Both the position numbers and the translations under genes were made by a program. From Leptospiraceae bacterium (lineage in GTDB: Bacteria; Spirochaetota; Leptospiria; Leptospirales; Leptonemataceae): a DNA stretch of 64,000 nucleotides. Shown here in pieces: positions 1-9,133 of the stretch. Numbering within the stretch: position 1 is the first letter of the stretch; the number at the start of each line of letters is the position of its first letter. The stretch spans positions 224,001 to 288,000 of the forward strand of contig JAVJNR010000004.1 of the NCBI GenBank assembly GCA_040217195.1. The letters are read 5' to 3'. The notes beneath the pieces were generated by a model. The model did no database searches. It was not told where the DNA came from and was given only the letters and a program-made list of their open reading frames with translations.

Positions 1-586
1 TAAAACCCCTGGAATGCATTAGCCTGTCCACATCTGCGCTGGCATGGATGTACATCTTATAGTCTGGATCAAATAATCGCACAAACAGATTACCGATTCG
101 CCCGGCCATCCTGGATAAAAATCCATCCCGCGGAAATACCAGAGCTACAGCCCTCCTGGCCCGATCCGCAGCGCTTCCAAGTAATTCATTCATCAGAGGA
201 TAGCAGCAGATAACCCGATCCAGGGTCACCAGATCCGCCCCGAGATCAGATTTGTCCTGTACCAATTCCACAAAATCGCCATGAAAATAGTCGGTGCGAT
301 GAGAGTGTCCCCTCCGATTCGCTTCCTCCCGGGACACCTGAATATAGGCTGAAGCACCATCCACTTGAATGGCATGATTCAGACCGGAGTCAAATAGTTC
401 GTGCTGGATGACTCCTACACCGCCTCCGATGTCAAGAAGAGAGCTACTGGATGCCATGGGACGAAGGAAACTCAGCAGAATGGAAGTGGTACGACGAGGC
501 CCCATCCATCGATAAAACCTTAGTTCTCGCCTGGCAACCTTACTGTCGAAAAGACGCTCTATCCCCTGACATTGGCTGCAACCCAT
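1..586 (-). CDS. Class I SAM-dependent methyltransferase (partial; C-terminus runs off the window start)
   Basis: Not in the ORF track; translated by hand from ATG at 586: MGCSQCQGIERLFDSKVARRELRFYRW...SLLDIGGGVGVIQHEL...IQVDGASAYI...HGDFVEL...DLVTLDRVICCYP. Has motif I (LDIGGGxG); frame stays open to the window edge. Confidence 0.85.
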   Translation of the reverse strand, partial: MGCSQCQGIERLFDSKVARRELRFYRWMGPRRTTSILLSFLRPMASSSSLLDIGGGVGVIQHELFDSGLNHAIQVDGASAYIQVSREEANRRGHSHRTDYFHGDFVELVQDKSDLGADLVTLDRVICCYPLMNELLGSAADRARRAVALVFPRDGFLSRMAGRIGNLFVRLFDPDYKMYIHASADVDRLMHSRGF

Positions 587-648
587 AGCATGGATTTGCC
601 CATATCGCAGTTAGAGTAAAGACATTTTCAATCCATCCGTTCAATGCT

Positions 649-2571
649 TTATCGAATGAAGATTCGCACGCTAAAACCTGGCCACTCCAGTATCTCCAAC
701 CCTCCATCACAAAGCAGTAGCAAGGTTGAATGGATGGCCAACCCCTGACCGGAACCGCTGCCGGAAATATCTGGATCCTTAATGGTGTTGGTTTCCAATT
801 CAGGTAAAGCCCCTTGCTTTTCGAAAGCATGAGAGTCTCTTTCCATGGCCGGTGCCGGGCCTATCTGCCAGTCCAGACGATTATTGGAAACCCTGGAGGA
901 AACTATGGCCGGAGTATCCGAATGCGAAGCTGCATTGTGCAGAATTTCGCGCAATGCATAAAACACAGTTTCCTTTTCAGAAGGATTCAGATCTGGCTCA
1001 ACAGTAACTGCTAACTCGCCCGTGGCATAGCCAGGGCGTCCCATTATTTCTCGGATCCCACCAAGAAGGCCCTTCTTTAACAAAGTATTATCATAGCCCG
1101 GCATTTCCTTTAGTAGACCTGCTATGGATTTATGAAGATTCGTCAGGCGCTCTGTGGTCGCTCTATCAACGCTTTCTTCCAGGATCAGACTGTGAATTTC
1201 GGGCAACACTTCATCATGTAACACTCTACGAGACATTGTTTCGGTCAGTTTGCGCGAATGCAGATAATCCTTTTGTAGATCCATTAGTGTGCGAGAGAAT
1301 TGAATCAAAGCCATGGCATCCAATAGTCTTTCTCCAATAGACCTGGTAAATGCAGCCTCTTCCCGCGTAAGCCCCGGACCTTTCAGATGCAGGCTACCGT
1401 GCTTTCCATCAGGTCCCAGAGGAATGATTGTATGCTGCCAGGGACTATCCTTACCGGCAGGTTCCCTTTGCACTTCCAGCCCCTTTCCCAGAATGGATGC
1501 ATGTGTTCCTGCCGGTGTAATCTTACCACTATTCAGATCAAACTCCCGGCAGAGATTACCCAGCACTTCCTCCGCCGCATCGGACTCATTGCGAAACAAT
1601 TGACCATACAGATTCGCAGTGACCGAAGACTGCATTCGGGTAAGAATCTTCTCCCTGTCCTTCATCATGCGATATTCCAGGTATCCAGCCTGGGTCCCCA
1701 GAGATGAAACGAGTATTATTGCCCAGTAGATCTCATCCAGCCATTGATATAGAAAGCCTGCCACCAGGGAGATGCATAAAAGAAAAGCTACATTCTTACG
1801 GAAGTACCGGAGCATTCCCAGCCGGGGCATGCTACCGCTGAATACCTCATATCGAACCGAAGCCTGACTAACCCAGATTATGGCCCACAGAATAGAGAGC
1901 TGTGCCAGAACATCCAATCCCAGTGCAATGGCAGCATTTTCTCTGCCCAGAAACCAGGCCAGAACCGCAATAAACACCAGAAGTATTAGCGAATACGCCC
2001 CCCTCTTTAGTAATACCCTTCCAGATCGATCGGTGGAACCGGACCGACCATTCAGCACCAGGGTAGCTGAGATGGCTGGTATAGCTGCACTTGTTCCCAG
2101 AAGTAAAAGTCCCGGATTTAACCTCCTCTGTAGCAGCGAAACCAGTACTCCCTGCTCCGGAATCCAGACCTCCACAAGAAAGAAGACCATAAGACTGATT
2201 GAGCAGAGCAATACAGATAACACTCCGGATCTGGTCAGCGAAACTGCCTGTCCTCTTCGCTTCCTTTCACTTACCAGTACATTAATCAAAAATAAAAAGG
2301 AGAGCAGGACAGCAAGATAGAGAGCTGCGGGTAGCAGAGCTAAAATTTTCTCGGAATTTCCATCCTGGAAACTGGACAGTCCCAGAATGTGCAAAATAAA
2401 GAATACCGCTGCCAGAATCAGAGATAAACCAGCCAGCAAAGCCGGAGGGCTGTTTCTTCTACCATTCCAGAATAACACTGAGCCCTGATAGAGCAACAAT
2501 CCAAGAGCCCAGAAGGAAAGCACCATAGCAACGATTTCCGCTACTTGCGAACCGAGAACTTCAATCGTCAT
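649..2571 (-). CDS. Multi-TM sensor histidine kinase-like protein (HisKA_3/NarX-like, divergent ATPase domain)
   Basis: About 9 hydrophobic segments, then H-box RRVLHDEVLP, N-box EILHNAASHS and G2-like GSGQGLAI. Start taken at ATG 2571, overlapping the response regulator stop (ORF track start is 2586). Confidence 0.7.
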   Translation of the reverse strand: MTIEVLGSQVAEIVAMVLSFWALGLLLYQGSVLFWNGRRNSPPALLAGLSLILAAVFFILHILGLSSFQDGNSEKILALLPAALYLAVLLSFLFLINVLVSERKRRGQAVSLTRSGVLSVLLCSISLMVFFLVEVWIPEQGVLVSLLQRRLNPGLLLLGTSAAIPAISATLVLNGRSGSTDRSGRVLLKRGAYSLILLVFIAVLAWFLGRENAAIALGLDVLAQLSILWAIIWVSQASVRYEVFSGSMPRLGMLRYFRKNVAFLLCISLVAGFLYQWLDEIYWAIILVSSLGTQAGYLEYRMMKDREKILTRMQSSVTANLYGQLFRNESDAAEEVLGNLCREFDLNSGKITPAGTHASILGKGLEVQREPAGKDSPWQHTIIPLGPDGKHGSLHLKGPGLTREEAAFTRSIGERLLDAMALIQFSRTLMDLQKDYLHSRKLTETMSRRVLHDEVLPEIHSLILEESVDRATTERLTNLHKSIAGLLKEMPGYDNTLLKKGLLGGIREIMGRPGYATGELAVTVEPDLNPSEKETVFYALREILHNAASHSDTPAIVSSRVSNNRLDWQIGPAPAMERDSHAFEKQGALPELETNTIKDPDISGSGSGQGLAIHSTLLLLCDGGLEILEWPGFSVRIFIR

Positions 2572-3250
2572 GAAACTGGCCTTCATCGTCCCAGGTTAGG
2601 AAGCGGTTTTCTCTAACGATGATGGCCGCTCTGGTTCTGGCTACCTTCTCATCCGCCGCCGAATCATTCAGTCCCCAGATGGAATAAATCTGGCCATTTA
2701 TTCGACTTATGGTTCGCTTATCCTTGAAGCCCATTTTGCGAGCTATCTGTTCATTACTCATCCCGGCTGCCAGCATCTGCGCCACCTTTCGCTCATTTGG
2801 TTCCAGGATTTCCATGGGAGACTGACCGGTACGGATTTCGCTTACCCGGTCTTCAATCTCAGGATCGATGAAGCTACGACCGGCCACTGCATCGCGAATA
2901 AGGGGAGCAATCATCTCCGGCAATAGATAGTTGGACTTCCGAACATAGGCAAAGTGGCTGAGTATTCCTGACTCCAGAAAATCCTGGAAGTATCTGTCAT
3001 CATCTTGAATGGAGTAGAAAACAACAGGCATACGGGGCCATTCTGCGCGAATCCTGGCCGCACTTTGAATTCCATTTTCGCCTTCCAGCTGCACATCCAT
3101 AAGCAGAGCTGCCGGTGCTTCATGCATACAGTACTCAAATGCCTCTTCGCCACTTCCGCATTGAAAAAGCACCTGAAACCCCTCCGCAATCAGCCCTCGC
3201 CCCAGGCCTTCCCGTAGCCTGCTATTATCTTCTACAATTCCAAGTTTCAT
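2561..3250 (-). CDS. NarL/LuxR-family response regulator
   Basis: REC domain (IVEDN, LLMDVQL, YVRKS) plus C-terminal LuxR-type HTH (NERKVAQMLAAGMSNEQIARKMG). Confidence 0.9.
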   Translation of the reverse strand: MKLGIVEDNSRLREGLGRGLIAEGFQVLFQCGSGEEAFEYCMHEAPAALLMDVQLEGENGIQSAARIRAEWPRMPVVFYSIQDDDRYFQDFLESGILSHFAYVRKSNYLLPEMIAPLIRDAVAGRSFIDPEIEDRVSEIRTGQSPMEILEPNERKVAQMLAAGMSNEQIARKMGFKDKRTISRINGQIYSIWGLNDSAADEKVARTRAAIIVRENRFLTWDDEGQFHDD

Positions 3251-3368
3251 AATTTTCGCAGCTATTGGGCAGAATTCCAGGGTAGCATCGGCTAATCAAA
3301 TTCCTGGCCACCTGCATCTTCTTTCTTCTCCAATTCAATGGGATTCAAAACATTTTCATCCAGGAAGT

Positions 3369-3386
3369 AAAGCACCTGAGTGCTTT
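3369..3386. promoter_or_regulatory. Perfect 7-4-7 inverted repeat AAAGCAC-CTGA-GTGCTTT; candidate operator
   Basis: Lies in the divergent intergenic region between the response regulator and the ferritin-like gene. Confidence 0.35.
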
Positions 3387-3468
3387 GCCTGCGGCACCCG
3401 GGAGGTTTTTTTTCGCGGTGAAATGAGCTATAACCAGTCTGTCAGGGTCTTTTCCCGGGAGGTACACC

Positions 3469-4362
3469 ATGCTTAAGCCAGCTGACGCTAGAAGGATATT
3501 ACGAACCAGACCGTTTTTTAGAAATATTCAGCCCACATCCCCCTGGGCTAAATTTCTAGAACATTTTGAATCTAATGCGAATGTTTCTGTTCCCCTCGAA
3601 AATGAAATGGATTTTCCACAACTCTCATCCGTGCAGAGACGGGAACTATTGCGCTCCTTGAAGATATTTCAGAGAGGAGAAACCGGAGAAGGTAGAATTG
3701 TAAATGCGGTAGACGAGGCATCCTTTCATCCCCTGGACCATGAATACAGAAAGTCTCTAAGACTATTTGTGGCCGAGGAAGGTCGCCATGCGCGAATTCT
3801 GGGTATCATCATCCAGAACCTGAACCGGCAAGGATCAGAATATGTAGTGCCTAACGGCGATTCCAGACCGCTTCTCTGTTCATCTAACATCGATGAGCCG
3901 GAAGACCAGGATGATACCGCAAATGAGAATTCATGCAAGGCAGATTCCAGTATCAGTTATCGACTATTCTATGCTGCACGAGGCTTGATGGGGATTCGTT
4001 TGAAAGTCATGGTCCTTTTATGTGCTGAAATTATTGGCTGCGAATGCTATGATATTCTGGCCCGAGCGCTGGGATCAAGCAGCGCCGCCAGAAATATTCG
4101 CAGCATCCGAAACGATGAGCAAACCCATCTAAGGTTTCATTCACAGTTCTTTCACCTACTGGGCCGGAACGGAACCGGGCGCCGACTTTTCCTGGCTATG
4201 TATTTTCCCATTGCTGCGGCCGCCTGTGTCACAGTCCTTCTGGAACATCTTACACTTTTCCGTGCATTTGAAGTTTCTCCCTGGCATGTTTTGAAGCGAT
4301 TCATGGTTCGCATGGGCCATGGAAAAAACATGATTCTGAATGGCGCAATGGAGGCAGCATGA
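3469..4362 (+). CDS. Ferritin-like (diiron carboxylate) domain protein
   Basis: FQRGETGEG, two ExxH motifs (EEGRH, DEQTH) and an intervening AEIIG glutamate. SD GGAGG upstream. Confidence 0.75.
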   Translation: MLKPADARRILRTRPFFRNIQPTSPWAKFLEHFESNANVSVPLENEMDFPQLSSVQRRELLRSLKIFQRGETGEGRIVNAVDEASFHPLDHEYRKSLRLFVAEEGRHARILGIIIQNLNRQGSEYVVPNGDSRPLLCSSNIDEPEDQDDTANENSCKADSSISYRLFYAARGLMGIRLKVMVLLCAEIIGCECYDILARALGSSSAARNIRSIRNDEQTHLRFHSQFFHLLGRNGTGRRLFLAMYFPIAAAACVTVLLEHLTLFRAFEVSPWHVLKRFMVRMGHGKNMILNGAMEAA

Positions 4363-5075
4363 TGAAGACCCAGGAATTGAAACATATATCGTTTATCATG
4401 GATGGTAATGGTCGCTGGGCCAGCGCACAGGGTATGGATCGCAGCAAGGGCCACAAAGCTGGTGTGGAAACCCTGGAAAGAATCGTCCTTGCCTGCAGCG
4501 AAAGAAAGATTCCCTACGTTTCCTTTTACGCCTTTTCAACAGAGAACTGGAAGCGTCCGGCCAGGGAAGTGCGAACCATATTCCTGCTTATGGAGCTATT
4601 CTTCCGACGAAGGATGAAAGCATTGGCCAGCCACAATATACGAATCATAGTATCTGGAGACTGGTCGGCCCTTCCTGGCCGGGCCAGAGAGATTGCCTCG
4701 GAATGCATAGCTTCCACAGCCCAGGCTACCGGAACCACGGTAAATCTCTGCATGAACTATGGAGGACAGATGGAGATTCGCCGTGCCTGTGCACTATGGG
4801 CCGCAAGATGCAAGGAAACCGGCGATTACTCGGTTCCAGATTCGGAGGAAATGCAGGATCTTCTATATTCAGGATTGCCAGACGTAGATCTAATGATTCG
4901 AACTGGAGGAGATCATCGAATTTCAAATTTCCTACTCTATCAACTGGCCTATGCGGAGCTATTCTTTACTCCCGTAGCCTGGCCGGACTTCGGAGTCGAT
5001 GAGCTGGACAGAATCATTGAACGTTACTCGGGCGTTGAGCGTAGACTGGGAGGTTTACCCGCCGCGAAACTTTGA
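4359..5075 (+). CDS. uppS: cis-prenyltransferase / undecaprenyl diphosphate synthase family
   Basis: IMDGNGRWA, GHKAG, YAFSTENWKRP, NYGG, DLMIRTGGDHRISNFLLYQLAYAE and C-terminal RRLGG. ATGA overlap with the upstream gene. Confidence 0.93.
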   Translation: MMKTQELKHISFIMDGNGRWASAQGMDRSKGHKAGVETLERIVLACSERKIPYVSFYAFSTENWKRPAREVRTIFLLMELFFRRRMKALASHNIRIIVSGDWSALPGRAREIASECIASTAQATGTTVNLCMNYGGQMEIRRACALWAARCKETGDYSVPDSEEMQDLLYSGLPDVDLMIRTGGDHRISNFLLYQLAYAELFFTPVAWPDFGVDELDRIIERYSGVERRLGGLPAAKL

Positions 5076-5193
5076 ATCAAGGATTGACCTTCTGAAGCCA
5101 TGCCCCCATTGAGGTAGATTATCCAGTTCGCCCGGTGGATGTGCGAACGGACTCTGGCCGGAAGCATTTGGAAATTCATTTAGAAGGTACTCA

Positions 5194-6009
5194 ATGAAAC
5201 AGATTCAAGGGAAAGTAGCAGTTATCACCGGAGCCTCCCAGGGCATAGGCAGAGCCATCGCGCTGGAGCTGGCCAGGGAAGGCGCTTCGGTGGCTCTTAT
5301 CGCTAGAAACAAAGAGAAGCTAATGGCTGTTGCATCCGAGGCGGAATCACTTAATGCGAAGGCCGGCATCTATCCCTGCGATGCTACAGACCATGCTGCA
5401 CTGCGCCGAACTCTGGACCAGATCAAGGCAGATATGGGCCCTGTGGATATTCTGGTTAACAATGCAGGTGTGGGAACTTTCAAACCCCTGGAGCAAATGA
5501 CTATCAAGGAAAGCCAGGACCCGGTTGCCATTCCCTTTGGTGCGGCTGTTGTGGCCAGCCATCATGTCATCAAAGACATGCTTCAAAGCGGAGAAGGTCA
5601 CATCGTAAACCTAACAAGTCCGGCCGGATATTTTCCGTTTCCTTATATGGTGCCCTATACGGCGGCGCGTTTCGCAATCACCGGACTGTCCTTGAGTATG
5701 CACGAAGAATACAGAAAAAGAGGTATTGGAGTAACGCTTCTGTGTCCTGCCCAGGTAGACACAGGATATTTCAAACAAAACGATGCTGATATGGGCTGGT
5801 ATCCCAGGCTTGCGAAGATATTCCCGGTACTGAAGCCAGAGCAAGTGGCCAGAAAGGCAGTGTACTGCATCAAGAAAAATCGAAAGGAAATGATATTTCC
5901 ATTCTTGCTCTGGTTTTCCACAAAATTCTATCTAACCTTTCCCGGATTTACCTTCGCCCTATTGCGAATCATCGGATTACTGAGACCCGTAAATGATCCC
6001 CCGCGATAG
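5194..6009 (+). CDS. Short-chain dehydrogenase/reductase (SDR)
   Basis: TGASQGIG, LVNNAG; catalytic motif reads YTAAR (YxxxK with K->R). Confidence 0.9.
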   Translation: MKQIQGKVAVITGASQGIGRAIALELAREGASVALIARNKEKLMAVASEAESLNAKAGIYPCDATDHAALRRTLDQIKADMGPVDILVNNAGVGTFKPLEQMTIKESQDPVAIPFGAAVVASHHVIKDMLQSGEGHIVNLTSPAGYFPFPYMVPYTAARFAITGLSLSMHEEYRKRGIGVTLLCPAQVDTGYFKQNDADMGWYPRLAKIFPVLKPEQVARKAVYCIKKNRKEMIFPFLLWFSTKFYLTFPGFTFALLRIIGLLRPVNDPPR

Positions 6010-6195
6010 CAGAATCGGCCCGTTTCTGACAGTACTGGCCCAACAATAGGCATTAATGCGGCAATGATAAACAGGTAGGGAAAAAACACATTGGAGGGAT
6101 TCAAATATTCCAGCTCCCACCTGGCGCTCCTGATTTAGAACAGGGTAGAAACTGTAGAAAAGCCGATACGCTGCCCATCTTCACAGAAAAACAGA

Positions 6196-6234
6196 CCACA
6201 TGGGTAACAGACTGTACCGGCCACATGGGTAACA
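6196..6234. repeat. Direct repeat CCACATGGGTAACA x2 (6196-6209, 6221-6234); possible IS481-like end remnant
   Basis: Exact 14-bp duplication at 25-bp period. Reverse strand reads TGTTACCCATGTGGCCGGTACAGTCTGTTACCCATGTGG. Confidence 0.6.
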
Positions 6235-6289
6235 TGTTTCCATGCGAGGGTTTTCGCAGAGATGAATCCTGCTTCCAGAATCTGGATCT

Positions 6290-7036
6290 TTAAAGAGTTA
6301 GAATCAAAGGTTCCTGGTTACGAACAATCAATGTATGCTCGAATTGGGCCACGAAGCTACCATCGTGAGTTGTAAGAGTCCATCCGTCCTGCCCTTCCAG
6401 GGCAAACTGGGCTCCGGTGGAAATAAAGGTTTCAATGGCAATAACGGATCCAGCGGCCAGGGTCCGGTCATCCCTTGGATCTTCGTAATTCAAGATATCG
6501 TAGGGCTCCTCATGAAGTGCGCTTCCGGTACCATGACCCGCCAGATTAAGAATAACATTGTATCCTGCCTCGGTAGCCATAGATTGTATTTTTCGCCCGA
6601 TGCTGCGAATATGCATACCCCCACGTACTGATGCCACCGTTTCGTCCAATATATGATTGGATACTTCGCATAGTCTAAGTTTCTGCGAACTGGCATTTCC
6701 CAGGCAAAAGGAGGCTCCAGAATCAGCAAAGAAACCATCGCATTCCAGAGAAACATCAACATTAATCAAATCCCCATCCTCAAGAACTCTGTCGCCGGGG
6801 ATACCGTGAGCAATCTCTTCATTCACGCTAATACAGGTCTGACCGGGAAAGCCATAGGTAAGCACCGGAGCCGATTTTGCTCCCTGAACATTGAAATGAT
6901 CGTAGGCAATCTGATCTAAATCCCGGGTACTCATTCCCGGCCTGGCTGCAGCCCGCATGGTTCGGATGGTACTTGCAACAATCTGCCCCACCTTCTGCAG
7001 GGATCGAATTTGAACGGGGCTGCTAATTGACATCAT
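6290..7036 (-). CDS. map: Type I methionine aminopeptidase
   Basis: CISVNEEIAHGIP, DLINVDVS, FFADSG, GHGTGSALHEEP, IAIETF, AQFEHT. Start at ATG 7036 or 7033. Confidence 0.95.
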   Translation of the reverse strand: MMSISSPVQIRSLQKVGQIVASTIRTMRAAARPGMSTRDLDQIAYDHFNVQGAKSAPVLTYGFPGQTCISVNEEIAHGIPGDRVLEDGDLINVDVSLECDGFFADSGASFCLGNASSQKLRLCEVSNHILDETVASVRGGMHIRSIGRKIQSMATEAGYNVILNLAGHGTGSALHEEPYDILNYEDPRDDRTLAAGSVIAIETFISTGAQFALEGQDGWTLTTHDGSFVAQFEHTLIVRNQEPLILTL

Positions 7037-7159
7037 TTCTACTAACCAATGGTTGTACCTTCGTCCACCTAAATAGTAGTCATTCCCGTAGGAAATCAAA
7101 CCATGGATACCTGTGGCATCCGCGGAGGCCGGTTCGATTCTCAGAGAAATATCCTAAAA

Positions 7160-7867
7160 TCAATCTCTGGATTGCTCTTCCAATTGCATCATATAGCCGA
7201 GCGCATCGGCTACTATATCTCTGCATTCAGGGAATAGTGACTGAAAAGCAGTGAAGTCCTGCTCAAAGATAAAGCTTACATAAGCCTGGGCGAAGCAACA
7301 TTCTTTTAGACTGAGACCACTGTCAAAGGGCAATGGCCCGCTTTCTTCCGACTCGGAGGCAGTTGAGCTCTCGCTTTCTGGAAGATTTTCGGCCCCCTGT
7401 TGAGCTGCACAAATGAAAGGTCCAAATCCAAGCAGGATAGCCACAAGAGTTGTGATGGGCATTTCCTCATCCTCATGCCATCCCTGACCTTCGTCCGGAC
7501 GTTTGAGTGAAATGAACAATCCTGCCAGAGCCAGTGCAAGAACAGCGGGCATATTTACCGGATGGCCCAGGTCCCATTCATTTACATCAAAGTGAACTTC
7601 ATTGTTCTGTACTTCAAAAAAGATTCCTGGCTGATCCATGGCGGCCACGGTCATGCCTTCAAAAGGCAGACCCAGTTCTTGAATCCAGGACTCCATTACT
7701 GCATGGGCTGCCGCTTCTGCATCGGTCTTCTGAAGCGAAACCCAGTCACCTTTAAGCGGTACCGGCTCGTCGGCCCAGAATGGCTCATCTCCATAGAAAG
7801 CCAGAAGCTCTTCGCTATGTTCGATTAGCCAGTCACGATTCTCCAGCTCTTCAATCCAGGGTACCAT
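7160..7867 (-). CDS. Acidic hypothetical protein, possibly a degenerate HExxH metallopeptidase-like fold
   Basis: 235-aa ORF co-oriented with its neighbours; segment PAVLALALAG...EMPITTLVAILLGFGPF. Confidence 0.65.
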   Translation of the reverse strand: MVPWIEELENRDWLIEHSEELLAFYGDEPFWADEPVPLKGDWVSLQKTDAEAAAHAVMESWIQELGLPFEGMTVAAMDQPGIFFEVQNNEVHFDVNEWDLGHPVNMPAVLALALAGLFISLKRPDEGQGWHEDEEMPITTLVAILLGFGPFICAAQQGAENLPESESSTASESEESGPLPFDSGLSLKECCFAQAYVSFIFEQDFTAFQSLFPECRDIVADALGYMMQLEEQSRD

Positions 7868-7990
7868 GGGGGCACAGTTTTCATCGCCATCGAACCGTCA
7901 ATCCAGCTTGTTACAGTGGCAATTTCTGCTGTGGTTCTGGTATACGAAGTCATCCGCTGCAAAACGAATGCGAATAATCCCTGAGAGGAA

Positions 7991-8920
7991 TCAGAGGTTT
8001 TCTGATCTTTCTTTTTCCGTTGCACTTAGACGATGGTGAAAGAAGTCCACTGTATATCTCAGACTCTCTTCATTCACTCCCGTAGTTGTGGAAATGTGTC
8101 CATCCGGGAGCTCCACAAGACGTATGGATCCACCTTTTTCGGCCATGGCCTCTTCCAGCTTTCGGGCATGGTGAACCGGTACAATCCAGTCATAGGTTCC
8201 ATGAATGAGCAGTATTGGTGGTGCTGTTCTGGAAGCATGATAAAGAGGAGAGGCCTGTTCATAGATTTCCGGATTGGTGCGATATTCAGCCTGCAGCAAT
8301 CGATGCATGGTAACAATATCTCCGTACGCAGTCAAATCGGTGGGCGCGCCGGCGGTTGCCACTGCCTGAACTCTGTATTCCGGACTTCCCGGAAGAAGAC
8401 CCAGTAAAAGTGCAAGATGGCCTCCAGCTGAGTAACCCAGCACCCCTATTCTTTCCGGATCCATGGACCAGGAATTTGCATTGGATCGCATGTACTGAAT
8501 GGCCCTTCGCACATCCTCAATCTGAGCCGGATACGGATGATCCGGAGCCAGCCTGTAATTTGCATTCATAACAACAAATCCCTGAGCTGCCAGCTGCCTG
8601 GCCACTTCGGCCATCCGCTCCTTGTTTCCCCTTTGCCAGCTTCCTCCATGCAGAACCAGAATGCCTGGCCGGTTCTTACCTGGCTCGGAGGGAAGGTAAA
8701 CATCAGCCTTCAAATGGTAATCCCGGGATTCACTGTAAATGAGGTCCGTCTGAAATTCGTAAGTTGTCCGGGGCTGAACCTCCGGGCCCGAGCAGGATAC
8801 GGAGGCCGATAAAAGCGCCAGGGGCAGGATGACCAATAGCGGAAATAAAGCGAATAGCCCCTTCAGCGACGGTTTACGTAGAAACAAATAAAAGCCCGAT
8901 CCATGGTTCATTGGAGTCAT
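7991..8920 (-). CDS. Alpha/beta hydrolase (HSL/BD-FAE-like esterase), probable lipoprotein
   Basis: LHGGSW oxyanion motif, NYRLAP, GYSAGGHLA nucleophile, IHGTYD; hydrophobic signal ending SVSC. Confidence 0.9.
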   Translation of the reverse strand: MTPMNHGSGFYLFLRKPSLKGLFALFPLLVILPLALLSASVSCSGPEVQPRTTYEFQTDLIYSESRDYHLKADVYLPSEPGKNRPGILVLHGGSWQRGNKERMAEVARQLAAQGFVVMNANYRLAPDHPYPAQIEDVRRAIQYMRSNANSWSMDPERIGVLGYSAGGHLALLLGLLPGSPEYRVQAVATAGAPTDLTAYGDIVTMHRLLQAEYRTNPEIYEQASPLYHASRTAPPILLIHGTYDWIVPVHHARKLEEAMAEKGGSIRLVELPDGHISTTTGVNEESLRYTVDFFHHRLSATEKERSENL

Positions 8921-9133
8921 CCTGAGAAAAAAAAGTGCACCAGAGCTGATTTCTCCGGTCTATCAGGTTCGATCTCCGCCCCGGGTAGTTACATCCGGCC
9001 TTCCCCTACAGAATTTCCGGCCTATGTCGCGTTTCAGGCATTGCTGTACCGTCTGCATGGCATCTTGACTTCAATCGGCGGTGGATCAGAAATGGTCCGT
9101 CTCGAGCAGAGAGCATTACAGTGAGGAAAAATT

